IMG/VR virus record: IMGVR_UViG_3300037587_000516
Location: 23,127 to 87,126 of that record
Length of the DNA: 64,000 nt
Strand: one strand, 5' to 3'
DNA from: a virus
Shown piece by piece: positions 39,201 through 48,215 of the stretch; within the stretch, counting starts at the first letter, position 1; each line of letters opens with the position of its first letter. The notes beneath the pieces were generated by a model. The model saw only the letters and a list, made by a program, of their open reading frames with translations, was not told the origin of the DNA and made no database searches. The translations under genes were made by a program, and so were the position numbers.

Positions 39201-39714
39201 TATAAGCAACTCCGCTAAGTGCGGGCAAAAATGCACCGATAGAGTAACTAACGACTCCCGAAATATCTAATGCTTTCGGCATACCGGCATCAACAATAAA
39301 CCCTGCTGTAGTTGTAAAGTTTGTAGCTCCTCCAGTTAATGTTCCGCCTATCTTTTTAATTCCGTCACTACTTGTAAAATACAAATTACTATTTGCTTCT
39401 ACATACTTAATGCGAATGTCAGACTCAACCTCGGTAAAGCTGCCGGAAAATGCAGTAAACACTCCAGTTCGGGCATCGTCTTCAAATTCTAATGTTGTTC
39501 CGTAGTGGCGAAGAATTCTGTCTTTGTATGTAAGCAGTGATTTTATTTGAACATCGCCAGATGTTGTGTTTCCATACTCGGACATTCCTCGTCTTGGTTG
39601 CACAGTATCGCGTCTGTCAATAACTATATTGTCAGCAACTTTTAGTGCTCCTTCTGAGAGCCCCAATTCGTTATGGTATGTTTCAAGGCCTCTAGCTTTG
39701 AGAAGGGAGCTCAC
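36253..39714 (-). CDS. tail nozzle / DNA-stabilisation protein (P22 gp10 / T7 gp12-like)
   Basis: 1153 aa beta-rich; NRVYFSK..RPEAVP, WGSFPWGESAWGG near C-terminus; follows adaptor gene. Confidence 0.72.
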   Translation of the reverse strand: MSSLLKARGLETYHNELGLSEGALKVADNIVIDRRDTVQPRRGMSEYGNTTSGDVQIKSLLTYKDRILRHYGTTLEFEDDARTGVFTAFSGSFTEVESDIRIKYVEANSNLYFTSSDGIKKIGGTLTGGATNFTTTAGFIVDAGMPKALDISGVVSYSIGAFLPALSGVAYRIVWGKRDENNNLLLGAPSLRLVVVNTDETLEANVDLTYIIPDSANTTDFFYQVYRTGLSTVSVIGDLDNIAPGDEMNLVFESNLTSAEISAGTISITDELPDSFRESGVLLYTNPVSGDGILQANDKPPLANDIANFRGSTFYANTQTIYRQQFTLLGVSALTSGVSKFVIGNATVDREYTFVGSIETTPITCDSRTNTTAAGHILLNSATNERKYYVWMDTTGSDTDPAIVGRIGIRVDISGVADTAAGTSAQVESILTGNATFSLDFAVTDNTGSVTIVASKNGKADDATVNSLGGAWAIGSITQGTGETADTAAGGDVLLSSLVSIAQSIDESARSLVRIINADTNGIVNASYLSSEDDLPGLILLEGKALSDTEFYIGLQDDTASITNQFNPIMDQAIVVASMSEPAVGTIRVTTTLSHGYVVGNEVFIYNTTNAAFGKYEITNIQSVTEFDIAETFDATSTGRVFEIRQTADNEVSPNRVYFSKNGRPEAVPIVNFIDVGGKDEPIERIIALRDNLFILKTDGVFILTGTIAPNFSVRLLDDSVSIIAPDSAANLNNQIYMLSTQGVATVADTGVGVISRRIEDKIFGVSGNQFNVRTAAFGVGYETDRSYLLWMPSAEPDTFGTQVYRYNTFNSGWVRWTGLDATNAVVNPADDKLYISAGGTSFVRKERKLNDRTDHADDDFVATIIVQTVPADSVEIRVATSLNMNPGDVITQLQQVTLAKFNRLLRKLDTDVLLDDIDYESTLELTVGADSAAQLLALVTKVNTDDATTSYSVPTGVTFTQIGDDYNTFIGELNLSAGTGFFDYQTISEGTLFEAVINSIDATAAVLTLEYAMPFLFGPITDFIGIKSTVEYAPQHFGSPESLKQVAEGTLVLDQNNFVSATLSFSTDLSKDFGDLKFNGRGVGFWGSFPWGESAWGGEGTDVPFRTLIPRQKQRCRYISVKFTHINAREIFSILGISLEPRAYSTRAYRGI

Positions 39715-40415
39715 TATAAATCTCCTTTATAATACGAAAAAGTATAACCACCAGCAGTTTTGCGTTTTCCAAGCACCACTTTGTTTATTGATCTAGAATC
39801 TATGTTTAATATCTCACCGGCATCTTTTTGTGAGGGAAATATTCTATTTAATTCATTACAAATAATGGGCTTTTTCATAGCATTTGCTCTTTTTATTTTT
39901 TCTTTCTTTGTTTGTATTCGACCGCGATTTGCATCACCAATCTTCTTTTTTCTTTCTTCAGAACACGGAACTCCTTGAAAATGATGCCCGTTTTCCTTCA
40001 TGCGCAACTTTGTGCGAATACTAATCTGTAGTCTTGCTTCTGGGTTTTCTTTATAATATTCTTTTAGTTTATCAGAAATCCTTTTTCTACTTTCATCCGA
40101 TACTGAAGCTAGCGTGGTTCCGTCACCGCCATCTAAGTGGTTGTTTAGCTTACAGTTCTTTTTGCGAAAATACCTAATCCAATAAGCCTCTTGCTTAACT
40201 CCCTGTTCTACAGTTCCACACGTTTCTATAATTTTCATAATAGGCCTCATGTCATTATTTCTTAGATGTAGAACCCAGTTTGTGTTTCTAGTCCTAGATC
40301 TTTTTAAATGATACATATTTATGTGCTCTTTGTACCGACGCTTGGGATTACAAGAAAAACCAACATATCGCAACTTACCGTCCCTAGGATCAAATAGTCC
40401 ATAAACAAAATACAT
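39714..40415 (-). CDS. GIY-YIG homing endonuclease with NUMOD-type DNA-binding tail
   Basis: FVYGL.DPRD..LRYVG, R..EH, E.YWI, LNN..GGDG, SEERKKKIG, KPIIC......FPS..A, RKTAGGY.F. Confidence 0.88.
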   Translation of the reverse strand: MYFVYGLFDPRDGKLRYVGFSCNPKRRYKEHINMYHLKRSRTRNTNWVLHLRNNDMRPIMKIIETCGTVEQGVKQEAYWIRYFRKKNCKLNNHLDGGDGTTLASVSDESRKRISDKLKEYYKENPEARLQISIRTKLRMKENGHHFQGVPCSEERKKKIGDANRGRIQTKKEKIKRANAMKKPIICNELNRIFPSQKDAGEILNIDSRSINKVVLGKRKTAGGYTFSYYKGDL

Positions 40416-41405
40416 TTAGAGCCCTCTTCTTCTATAGAGTTTGTTACTAAGCGATGACTTAAGTATACTATGACGGTTGGAAATCTTGACCGCGGCTCCT
40501 TCGACACGGTTATCTATAAGTGACCCTGCATTATATTCCATTTTCTCTAGCTCTTTTGAAGCATTCTGCATTCCCTCAGTATCACCAAGCGCTTCTAACA
40601 TCTTGACCGCAACTCTTTGTGCAAGTATCGGATGCAATTCAGCTGGCAATTGGGGAACGATAGTCTCTTCTTCTTTTAGTATCATGTCCCCAACAGCAAA
40701 TGTTAATGCCTTCGGAGTTATACTAAATAGATCTATTGTAAGTAGCTGGTCGTTGTCAAAAGTAACAGTCTTTGCTACGGAATCAGTGCCGGTTGCTGTT
40801 CGATCAAAGCCCAATATTTTATTTGGAGATCTTCCTTGTATGAAGTCAAAGACCGTTGTAACATTAAAATGCTGTGGGAAGTCATTTACTGTAAATACCG
40901 TTTGAGTTGCACCGACTGCGATATTAGTAATTGTCCCCGCCCGCTTATCATCAACTAAGTTGTTTGGTCGAAGATAGTAGGACATTCTCAAGGAGCCGTT
41001 TGAGATCTGGTTCTGCATAATAACAACGTCATCATTTTCTAAATAGAAAGTTAGAAATTGGTTATTAGTATAGTTGCCTTGATACTCTGGTCGATCCTCT
41101 AGGCTAACTCTAGTCATTTCATACTGAGTCCCCGCGTTATCAATAAACTGAACATCCCGAAGTTTATTGCCTACTGATCTATATGGTATTTTATATCTGA
41201 TTTGATCGGCTGCTAATGAAATATCTTCATCAATAACATAATGCTCTTCATGGAACCTAAGGACCATTGGTAGTATGTGTATAGCCAGTTCTTCGTTCAT
41301 GATGTCGATAATATCTTCATCAGTGAACGTTGACTGATCTCTTGGTATCATACCACGACGTAGTGACGTCTTTATTAATGCTTCGGTTGTTAGTACTTTA
41401 CTCAT
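40416..41405 (-). CDS. head-tail adaptor / tail tubular protein A-like
   Basis: 329 aa with helical termini (VPQLPAELH..LAQRVAVK.LEALGD); position upstream of nozzle. Confidence 0.65.
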   Translation of the reverse strand: MSKVLTTEALIKTSLRRGMIPRDQSTFTDEDIIDIMNEELAIHILPMVLRFHEEHYVIDEDISLAADQIRYKIPYRSVGNKLRDVQFIDNAGTQYEMTRVSLEDRPEYQGNYTNNQFLTFYLENDDVVIMQNQISNGSLRMSYYLRPNNLVDDKRAGTITNIAVGATQTVFTVNDFPQHFNVTTVFDFIQGRSPNKILGFDRTATGTDSVAKTVTFDNDQLLTIDLFSITPKALTFAVGDMILKEEETIVPQLPAELHPILAQRVAVKMLEALGDTEGMQNASKELEKMEYNAGSLIDNRVEGAAVKISNRHSILKSSLSNKLYRRRGL

Positions 41406-41415
41406 TTAATCCTTC

Positions 41416-41661
41416 TTACATGTGCTTTTTAATATAGTCGCGAAGAGCATCTGCATCCATAGAATCCAAATCCATATCGTGATCATAATGATCTTCGTCC
41501 ATTTTTGAATCAAGAACTTCTTCTGCTTTTTCTAATCCGGCACGCAGACCTTTTTCGTCTTTAGCGATAATGGTCGCCTTTACTGGAGCGTCACCCATTG
41601 ATCCTATCATTTTTCTAAACTTTTGTAGAGCTTCTCTTTTTGCCTTTACTTCTTTTTTCAT
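41416..41661 (-). CDS. hypothetical protein
   Basis: GGAG SD; D.KGL..GLEKAEE motif. Confidence 0.65.
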   Translation of the reverse strand: MKKEVKAKREALQKFRKMIGSMGDAPVKATIIAKDEKGLRAGLEKAEEVLDSKMDEDHYDHDMDLDSMDADALRDYIKKHM

Positions 41662-41684
41662 TTATTTCTCCGTGTTATTTTATA

Positions 41685-41924
41685 TTAGGCAGTGTCGCCA
41701 GTTTTCCATGTGCCATTATCCATTTCAACTCTAGCGGCGGTAGCGTCCAATACTGTATATCTGAGCTTATATAGTGCCATAGGTATACTTTCAACGTTAA
41801 ATGACAACATAACATATAATGTGTCGATTGTAGTTGCTACACTAAACGGATTACATGTGCCAGAAACAGTTAATATCTCTTGCGTTAAATCAGTAACCGC
41901 TATTTTAAAGTAACATTTAACCAT
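41685..41924 (-). CDS. hypothetical protein
   Basis: ATG 41924 with GAGG SD overlapping end of upstream gene. Confidence 0.55.
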   Translation of the reverse strand: MVKCYFKIAVTDLTQEILTVSGTCNPFSVATTIDTLYVMLSFNVESIPMALYKLRYTVLDATAARVEMDNGTWKTGDTA

Positions 41925-43626
41925 TTGGCACCTCAGTTTCAATATCACCTGCGGTCATATTTGTCATTGTTCCTTGTATCCCACCCTCAACATCCTCAAG
42001 TATGGGGAATACATCATTGAGGCCATCTCCCATTCTATTCCAATATTTTAAATTTGTTGTTATTGGACTAACCCCTTGGTCTTGTAAATCAATAGGAAAC
42101 CCTGCATTATACATAGAAGATATTTCTCCGGATGTTAATAATACATTATGCAAAGATACCTCATCCACATTTCCCGGACCAAACGTATTACCCCCACCAG
42201 TACGACCACCAATTCCCATATTAACAGCAGTTGATGTATCAGTAAGTAAGGCATCGTTTTGTACATCAAGACCAATAACCACTACACCATCTGTATATAT
42301 AGTTACACCAGAAGCAAGTCCTGATCCATTATAGGTAAATGACATCATATGCCAGAATCCATCATCAAACTCCGGCAATGCGGGGGCTCTAACTCTAATT
42401 CGATCACTTACGCCCCCAGTTCCCTTAAGTTCTACTGTCATTCTGTTATTTGCTAGATACACTCGCCATCCAGGATTAGTGCCGCCTTGTTTTTCAAAAA
42501 ACGTTACTCCGGTCGGAGCGCTGGCAGATGTTTTACACCAAAACACCCAACTAGCTGCTTCTGTTCTGAAATCAAAGCTTTGTGTAACATCATGATCAAC
42601 ATCAATGAATTCATTAACTCCACCAAACTGTACAGAAAACGTATTTAAAAATGGAGGGTCTGGGAATAGTGCTTCTTTATTGTCCCAAATTTGATCATAA
42701 GTAATAACATCATTGGCGTATTGTTTAAGGACTAGGTTTCCAGAAATAGTTGTTCTGGAGATTTGCCATACAGCAGAACTTGTTGCCGCATCTAAATCGT
42801 GTGTTTTTCCCTCAAATGTAGATGCTCCAAGTGTTTGCGTTAATGTGTAGTATGTAGGATCTTCTGCTTGTTTTATATTTAATAGTGTATCAGGACCAAT
42901 TAATGTACTTGCTTGAAAATTAGTACCGTCTCCCGGTCTAATTGAATCTCTAGAGTGGGTTAGATTGCGGATATTCTTAACCGGCTCATCTACTATATTC
43001 TCACCACTATCTGTGATAATTGTTAGTATATTACCATCTGCATCATAGGTAATCCGGGCTGTATCTACAATGTCCGTAGCACCCTGTGTAACGGTAGTTA
43101 CGGCAAATCCAGTATCAACGTCAGAAGAGTCCGTTGTGGCTCCTCTAAGCACTGCTGTGACGGTTAATGTTGTTCCTAATACCTCAGGCACCAAGTCAAC
43201 AGAACCCGTTACATGGGCTAATATGGCGTTATTTGTTGCTAATACAATAACAGCCGCCGGATCGTTAGGAAGTATGGCAGTTTCTATGTACCTAATAATA
43301 CCAGTATCAGATGGAGCCGGGGTTCCTGATCCAACGTTATACCATATTATGTATTGTAAGGAGTCTTTGCCCGCGAATATATTAAAACTTGTTGCATCTA
43401 AAGAACTAGAAACATCATCGATAGCAACAACCTTAGTGACTTCACATTCGCTATCATATAAGTATTGGATTGTATCAACAGATCCGTCAACATTGTATGT
43501 ATAAGTAGTGGAGTTATAGTCAACATTAATCGCATCTACCCGATGCGAATTAGATTCTGGCTGATACGCAGTTCGGTGCTGTTGAACCGCGTCAAGTTGT
43601 GATTTGTCTATCTTCTCAGTACTCAC
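41917..43626 (-). CDS. tail/receptor-binding protein with C-terminal LamG (ConA-like) domain
   Basis: DDGFWHM.SFTY, IYTDG, GNVDEVSL.N..LTS.EI..MYN.G, YWNRMGD. Confidence 0.75.
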   Translation of the reverse strand: MSTEKIDKSQLDAVQQHRTAYQPESNSHRVDAINVDYNSTTYTYNVDGSVDTIQYLYDSECEVTKVVAIDDVSSSLDATSFNIFAGKDSLQYIIWYNVGSGTPAPSDTGIIRYIETAILPNDPAAVIVLATNNAILAHVTGSVDLVPEVLGTTLTVTAVLRGATTDSSDVDTGFAVTTVTQGATDIVDTARITYDADGNILTIITDSGENIVDEPVKNIRNLTHSRDSIRPGDGTNFQASTLIGPDTLLNIKQAEDPTYYTLTQTLGASTFEGKTHDLDAATSSAVWQISRTTISGNLVLKQYANDVITYDQIWDNKEALFPDPPFLNTFSVQFGGVNEFIDVDHDVTQSFDFRTEAASWVFWCKTSASAPTGVTFFEKQGGTNPGWRVYLANNRMTVELKGTGGVSDRIRVRAPALPEFDDGFWHMMSFTYNGSGLASGVTIYTDGVVVIGLDVQNDALLTDTSTAVNMGIGGRTGGGNTFGPGNVDEVSLHNVLLTSGEISSMYNAGFPIDLQDQGVSPITTNLKYWNRMGDGLNDVFPILEDVEGGIQGTMTNMTAGDIETEVPNG

Positions 43627-43634
43627 TTAGTTTC

Positions 43635-43793
43635 CTATTTGTCTTCTTTTTTTGTTAATCCGGCTTTTAACTTCTTAGCTAACTCCACTACAATTTGTAG
43701 TAACGAGTTAGATTTAAGCTTAGGGCTGAGCGCCATCGCTTCTGATACAGCCAATAGTGCTGCTAAAATGATTACTATACTTTCGCTATCCAT
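43635..43793 (-). CDS. small membrane protein (52 aa, not in ORF track), possible holin
   Basis: MDSESIVIILAALLAVSEAMALSPKLKSNSLLQIVV..., a motif seen in small phage membrane proteins; AGGA SD. Confidence 0.6.
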   Translation of the reverse strand: MDSESIVIILAALLAVSEAMALSPKLKSNSLLQIVVELAKKLKAGLTKKEDK

Positions 43794-43802
43794 ATATTTT
43801 TC

Positions 43803-44207
43803 CTATTCTGGTTTTGGGTATTTTAATTTAACTTCTGCCCGCGTTGCTTTAACCGCGTCTAACTTCGCGGGCCTACCTTCTTTATCTTCTATAAGCGCTT
43901 CGATTACATCAAGCTCACTGGGGTATTCTGCCCGGCGTTTTTCTTTGTATTCAACTGCCAGGTCTGCAACATACTTAGCGTGTCTAAGGTTGTCTTTAAG
44001 TTCTTGCTTAGCTAGTGAGACAACCGCGTGTTGGCCAGATACTTGTCCAGTATCTGGGTCGACAGTATCAACTACTTTTAGTATATCAATGTCTGTTATT
44101 TCTTTCCCGTCAACGACCGGCACAGGGCAAATTGTCCCTGCGGCAGATGTTCTGTCTTCTGTTTTGAGTATAGTTGGGTCGTTTAAGTCTTTTAATACAT
44201 AATACAT
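43803..44207 (-). CDS. tail fibre assembly/chaperone-like protein
   Basis: YKEKRRAEYPS...VKLKYPKP motif directly after tail fibre. Confidence 0.7.
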   Translation of the reverse strand: MYYVLKDLNDPTILKTEDRTSAAGTICPVPVVDGKEITDIDILKVVDTVDPDTGQVSGQHAVVSLAKQELKDNLRHAKYVADLAVEYKEKRRAEYPSELDVIEALIEDKEGRPAKLDAVKATRAEVKLKYPKPE

Positions 44208-47200
44208 TATTGTATTCTCCTTGCTGAGATTTTGTACGACACAAATAAGTTAGTTGTGCTAGTTTCCGCAAATGCTTTTAGATAATAGGTTTCGGTAGAC
44301 GTTACTACTATTCCCCGTCTGTCCACAAACAAGCTATCTCTGTCGCCTGATGTAGTGCCTTTTTCAGTAAACACATATTCTATCCCTTCACTACCAGCAG
44401 ACACATTTCCTGCAACATTATTTATCCCAATAAGAACACCTCCTGTTGTAGTTGCTCCGTTGCTCCTATATACAGCTTGTGATGTTATATCCCACGTGCC
44501 GGGGGACAATTCTATAGACGTTAAATCTCCCCAAAAGGACGCTGCTGTGGTGTAAGTTTGAGAAGTTGCACTAGCTTCAATCAATTCTGATGTGCCGAAG
44601 ACACTGAACACAGAGAAGTCTGGGCGGTATGCAATACTAAATTTTGATCCTGTTGTTGAAGATGTATAGGAAGGTGAGGCACCAGTACTTAGGCCTTGAA
44701 CTTCAACAATGTCACCCCGAGTAACGGATAACATTCCACTTATTTCAGGTACTAGTCTAGTAGTAGCGCCGGTGCTACTAATTGATCCTATTACAGACTC
44801 TCCGGTAGTTGTATTTAAGATTCTAATACCTACCGTTCTAGACGTTGCTGATGTAAATGAAATCTCAATGAATGCATTCACATCTATTTCACCGGTACGG
44901 GCAGCAACCCATTGGCCGGTAGACTCATTGTATAAACTAAACTTATCAGTTACACTTGAAAACTTTGTAACGTTAAACGTACCTGAAATAGTTCCGGTAG
45001 GTGCTTGAACAGACTCGGTTTTGGTGAAAATTGTTTGGATTCCAAACTCACTTGTTGAAAGTGATGCGGTTGGTTCCCAACCGTCTATTGGTACTCTAAA
45101 CCTTACAGAAACCGTAGAACCAACATTACCAAAAGACCCATATGCAGACCCTGTAGTTCCAACAAATTGAGGTGCCCCAACATCATCAGCTACAATTAAC
45201 CCAAAATTAGTTGAGTCTAGCGCCACTGCATGACCTGTTGCTGCCCCGTTTGCTGTATCACTAGAGCTAGCAGCACCTTCCATTATTTCTCTAGTACCGT
45301 TAGTACCAACCCACTGTTTTACTGTATTTATCGCTAAGCCCGGCGGTAATGAAAATTGATAACGTCCAGAACCCGCTGTACCTGCTGTTGTTTGCTGATA
45401 CGTGTATGCAACAACTAAAAATTCACCATCACGCCATATGTAGGCAAGGTTTGTAAAAACTGTACCTAATGTTGGGTTGGTTGTTGACCCTGTAATAACC
45501 GGGACGTATGTACCCAAAAAAGCACTAATATGACCCGGCACTACTTCATCTGGACCAATTTTCATTGAGTCTATTGTGATTTTTGACGCTACACTAGGCG
45601 CTGATAAAACTTTCATTCTTAACGCATATGTGTTTGCATCATCATCTAATTGCACCCGACTATGAAATTTTACCTTGCCTGAACTAGATAGTATCTTACC
45701 GTCTAATTCATCAATTAACGGAATGTCAGCAGCGGTCGCATCCAATCGCCTTAAAACAAATTGAACATCATTAGTAGTAAAATTAGCATCTGTGAAATAT
45801 TCAAAACTAATAGGCAGAATTTTAGAACCCTCAACATCAATAGCATCAACATCGTCCATTGAAAAATCAACAAAGTCAGCAGTTGTTGCACCAGTTCCGA
45901 TTGTTAGCTTTAGGGATTGCGTTCCTCGAAGAGGATCTGTAGTTTCTAATGCTTTTGTTATGTTTCCCGTAACCGTTACATCAGCAGAATCAACTTCAAA
46001 GTCAGTATTCTTTATATAGTTAATTCCGCCTTGGCCTCCGCCGCCGCCTTCTCCAGGAACCCAGTTTGAGCCGTCCCACGTTAGGACTTCGGCAACGTTA
46101 GGAGCAGCAGTTGTTGTATCAATGTCAGATAAATCATCGGCTCCAATTGTAATAGTGTTTGCTACTGCTGTGATTGTTTTATTTGTTAGTGTTACGGCTG
46201 CTGCATTCTTAGTGACATCACTAGTATTGTCTACATTTCCTAGCCCAACATCGCCTTTTACAATTCCTGTGGGAGAGTTAACTACTGGTGCAGTTAGTGT
46301 CTTGTTTGTTAGAGTTGCGACCGCAGCATCTTTTGTTGCGTCGCTGGTATTATCAACATTACCAAGCCCAACGTCACCCTTTACTATGCCAGTTGGGGTG
46401 TTGATTACAGGACTTGTTAATGTCTTATTTGTAAATGTTTGTGTTGATGAAACATCGGCAACTTCTTTTTCTGCTGCAAGTGCTCCAATTTTAAACTTAG
46501 AAGCAAGGACATCTTCGTATACTAAAGACCCATCGGTTCCAGTTCGTTCAACGGTAAGTCCGGCACCCTCAGATGAGGCATCGTTTCCAGTATCGTTTAA
46601 TGTGATGTTCTTATCGGTGACGTCCATATTAGTTGTGTTAATGGTCGTAGTAGTTCCGTTAACCGTAAGGTCGCCAGTAACTATTAAGTCCCCGCCCATT
46701 GTTAGATCATTGACTCCAGTAATGTCGTCTAGATCACTAACTGTAATACCAGAATCCTGAATGTCAGTAGTTCCGTCAGCCTTCATTAGTCGGTTATCAG
46801 TAAGTCCGGTTACAGTAACAGCAGCATCAAGTTGAGTTTGGATTGCAGAAGTAACCCCATTGAGATGGCCAAATTCTGTATTACTGACTGAGGCATCGTG
46901 AATCTTCGCGGCATCAATAGCAGCGGCGGCCTTTATGTCAGCGTTTTCAATGTTTGTAATTGAGTTGCCGGTTCCGTCAGCATCGAATGTCTTATTAGTC
47001 AACGTATCTGTTGTTGCCTTGCCTACTAATGTATCAGTAGCATTGGGAATTGTTACAACCCGATTGGCGGTCTGTGATGATGTAACTGTTGTTTTTGTGC
47101 CGGTTGTCCCAGCAGCATTGAAATCAATCTCAAGTGTTGCATCAGCAGCATCTTGGATTGAGAATGCATCATCCTGCGCGGCAATGGTATTAGTATCACC

Positions 47201-47623
47201 TATAGTTTTATTTGTTAGAGTATCAGTTGTTGCTTTACCTACTAGCGTATCGGTTGCGTCCGGCACTGTTATTACTCTGTTTGCTGTTTGTGAGCTGGTT
47301 ATAGTGGTCTTAGTGCCAGTTGTACCCGCCGCATCAAAGTCTATTTCAAGGGTCGCGTCTGCGGCGTCTTGAATCGAGAATGCGTCATCTTGAGCCGCTA
47401 TTGTATTAGTATCGCCAATTGTTTTGTTTGTGAGAGTCTGTGTTTGTGTGTTAGTTACTACCTCTCTATCAGCGGCTTCAACGTGTGTTTTAATCTTATC
47501 GTCAAACACCCACAAACTTCCCTCAATCGAATCAGTTGGATCAGCAACTTGTGGATTAGGCCCGCTGTCAAATGGTGAAATGACAATTCCCTTATTAACT
47601 CGTTTAAAATCGTTATCTGACAT
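44207..47623 (-). CDS. tail fibre protein
   Basis: TLTNKT repeats, KGDVGLGNVDNTSD twice, GDLTVNGTTTT, VLTWDGSNWVP-Gly hinge. Confidence 0.85.
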   Translation of the reverse strand: MSDNDFKRVNKGIVISPFDSGPNPQVADPTDSIEGSLWVFDDKIKTHVEAADREVVTNTQTQTLTNKTIGDTNTIAAQDDAFSIQDAADATLEIDFDAAGTTGTKTTITSSQTANRVITVPDATDTLVGKATTDTLTNKTIGDTNTIAAQDDAFSIQDAADATLEIDFNAAGTTGTKTTVTSSQTANRVVTIPNATDTLVGKATTDTLTNKTFDADGTGNSITNIENADIKAAAAIDAAKIHDASVSNTEFGHLNGVTSAIQTQLDAAVTVTGLTDNRLMKADGTTDIQDSGITVSDLDDITGVNDLTMGGDLIVTGDLTVNGTTTTINTTNMDVTDKNITLNDTGNDASSEGAGLTVERTGTDGSLVYEDVLASKFKIGALAAEKEVADVSSTQTFTNKTLTSPVINTPTGIVKGDVGLGNVDNTSDATKDAAVATLTNKTLTAPVVNSPTGIVKGDVGLGNVDNTSDVTKNAAAVTLTNKTITAVANTITIGADDLSDIDTTTAAPNVAEVLTWDGSNWVPGEGGGGGQGGINYIKNTDFEVDSADVTVTGNITKALETTDPLRGTQSLKLTIGTGATTADFVDFSMDDVDAIDVEGSKILPISFEYFTDANFTTNDVQFVLRRLDATAADIPLIDELDGKILSSSGKVKFHSRVQLDDDANTYALRMKVLSAPSVASKITIDSMKIGPDEVVPGHISAFLGTYVPVITGSTTNPTLGTVFTNLAYIWRDGEFLVVAYTYQQTTAGTAGSGRYQFSLPPGLAINTVKQWVGTNGTREIMEGAASSSDTANGAATGHAVALDSTNFGLIVADDVGAPQFVGTTGSAYGSFGNVGSTVSVRFRVPIDGWEPTASLSTSEFGIQTIFTKTESVQAPTGTISGTFNVTKFSSVTDKFSLYNESTGQWVAARTGEIDVNAFIEISFTSATSRTVGIRILNTTTGESVIGSISSTGATTRLVPEISGMLSVTRGDIVEVQGLSTGASPSYTSSTTGSKFSIAYRPDFSVFSVFGTSELIEASATSQTYTTAASFWGDLTSIELSPGTWDITSQAVYRSNGATTTGGVLIGINNVAGNVSAGSEGIEYVFTEKGTTSGDRDSLFVDRRGIVVTSTETYYLKAFAETSTTNLFVSYKISARRIQ

Positions 47624-47633
47624 TATTTACCCT

Positions 47634-48089
47634 TTATTGCGCTTTTGTTTTGGCTGAATATTGTATAGTTCCGCCACCCAGTATTGCATCTGAGAAATAC
47701 TGAACCTGTCCGGCAGAATTGATCTCAAAGTCCATTCCTGCGTCTCCTGTGTTCTCGAAGCTGAATTCCCATGAGCTACCGTTCCATGCACCAGTCATTG
47801 TGCCAGCCATCACTGTAGAGCCTCTGAGGACGTTAAAATCGACCACAAATGATCGTACTAGGGATGTTGAGAACTTTAGTATTGAGGCCCCGACTCCTAT
47901 GTCAACTGCTGTGCTTTGGTTATCTAAGATCGTAGCAGATGTCAATGAAATGTCATTTGGCCCAGATAATGTACCTAGCAGGTCTGTGACTGCTTCGGCC
48001 CAATCTGTGCTCTCTTCGCCCCATCCAGCGGCTGTGCCTTGTACTGGGTATAAGAAGGTTGTTGAACCAATTGTTAAACTTTTACTCAT
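47634..48089 (-). CDS. virion structural protein
   Basis: ATG 48089 (MSKSLTIG) behind GAGG SD and TAACAACT motif. Confidence 0.7.
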   Translation of the reverse strand: MSKSLTIGSTTFLYPVQGTAAGWGEESTDWAEAVTDLLGTLSGPNDISLTSATILDNQSTAVDIGVGASILKFSTSLVRSFVVDFNVLRGSTVMAGTMTGAWNGSSWEFSFENTGDAGMDFEINSAGQVQYFSDAILGGGTIQYSAKTKAQ

Positions 48090-48106
48090 AATATCCTCTG
48101 ATTGCC

Positions 48107-48121
48107 TATATTTAGTTGTTA
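48107..48121 (-). promoter_or_regulatory. TAACAACT motif (candidate late promoter)
   Basis: TAACAACTAAATATA just downstream of the capsid terminator. Confidence 0.7.
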
Positions 48122-48155
48122 AATCGCATAAATTACATTCATGCATAAAACACAT

Positions 48156-48188
48156 AAAAAAAGGGAAGGAACCTAATCCTTCCCCTTT
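48156..48188 (-). terminator. intrinsic terminator after major capsid gene
   Basis: AGGGGAAGGA-TTAGGT-TCCTTCCCTT then T tract. Confidence 0.85.
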
Positions 48189-48215
48189 ATACTCTCGGTT
48201 ACGTGGTCCTAGCTA

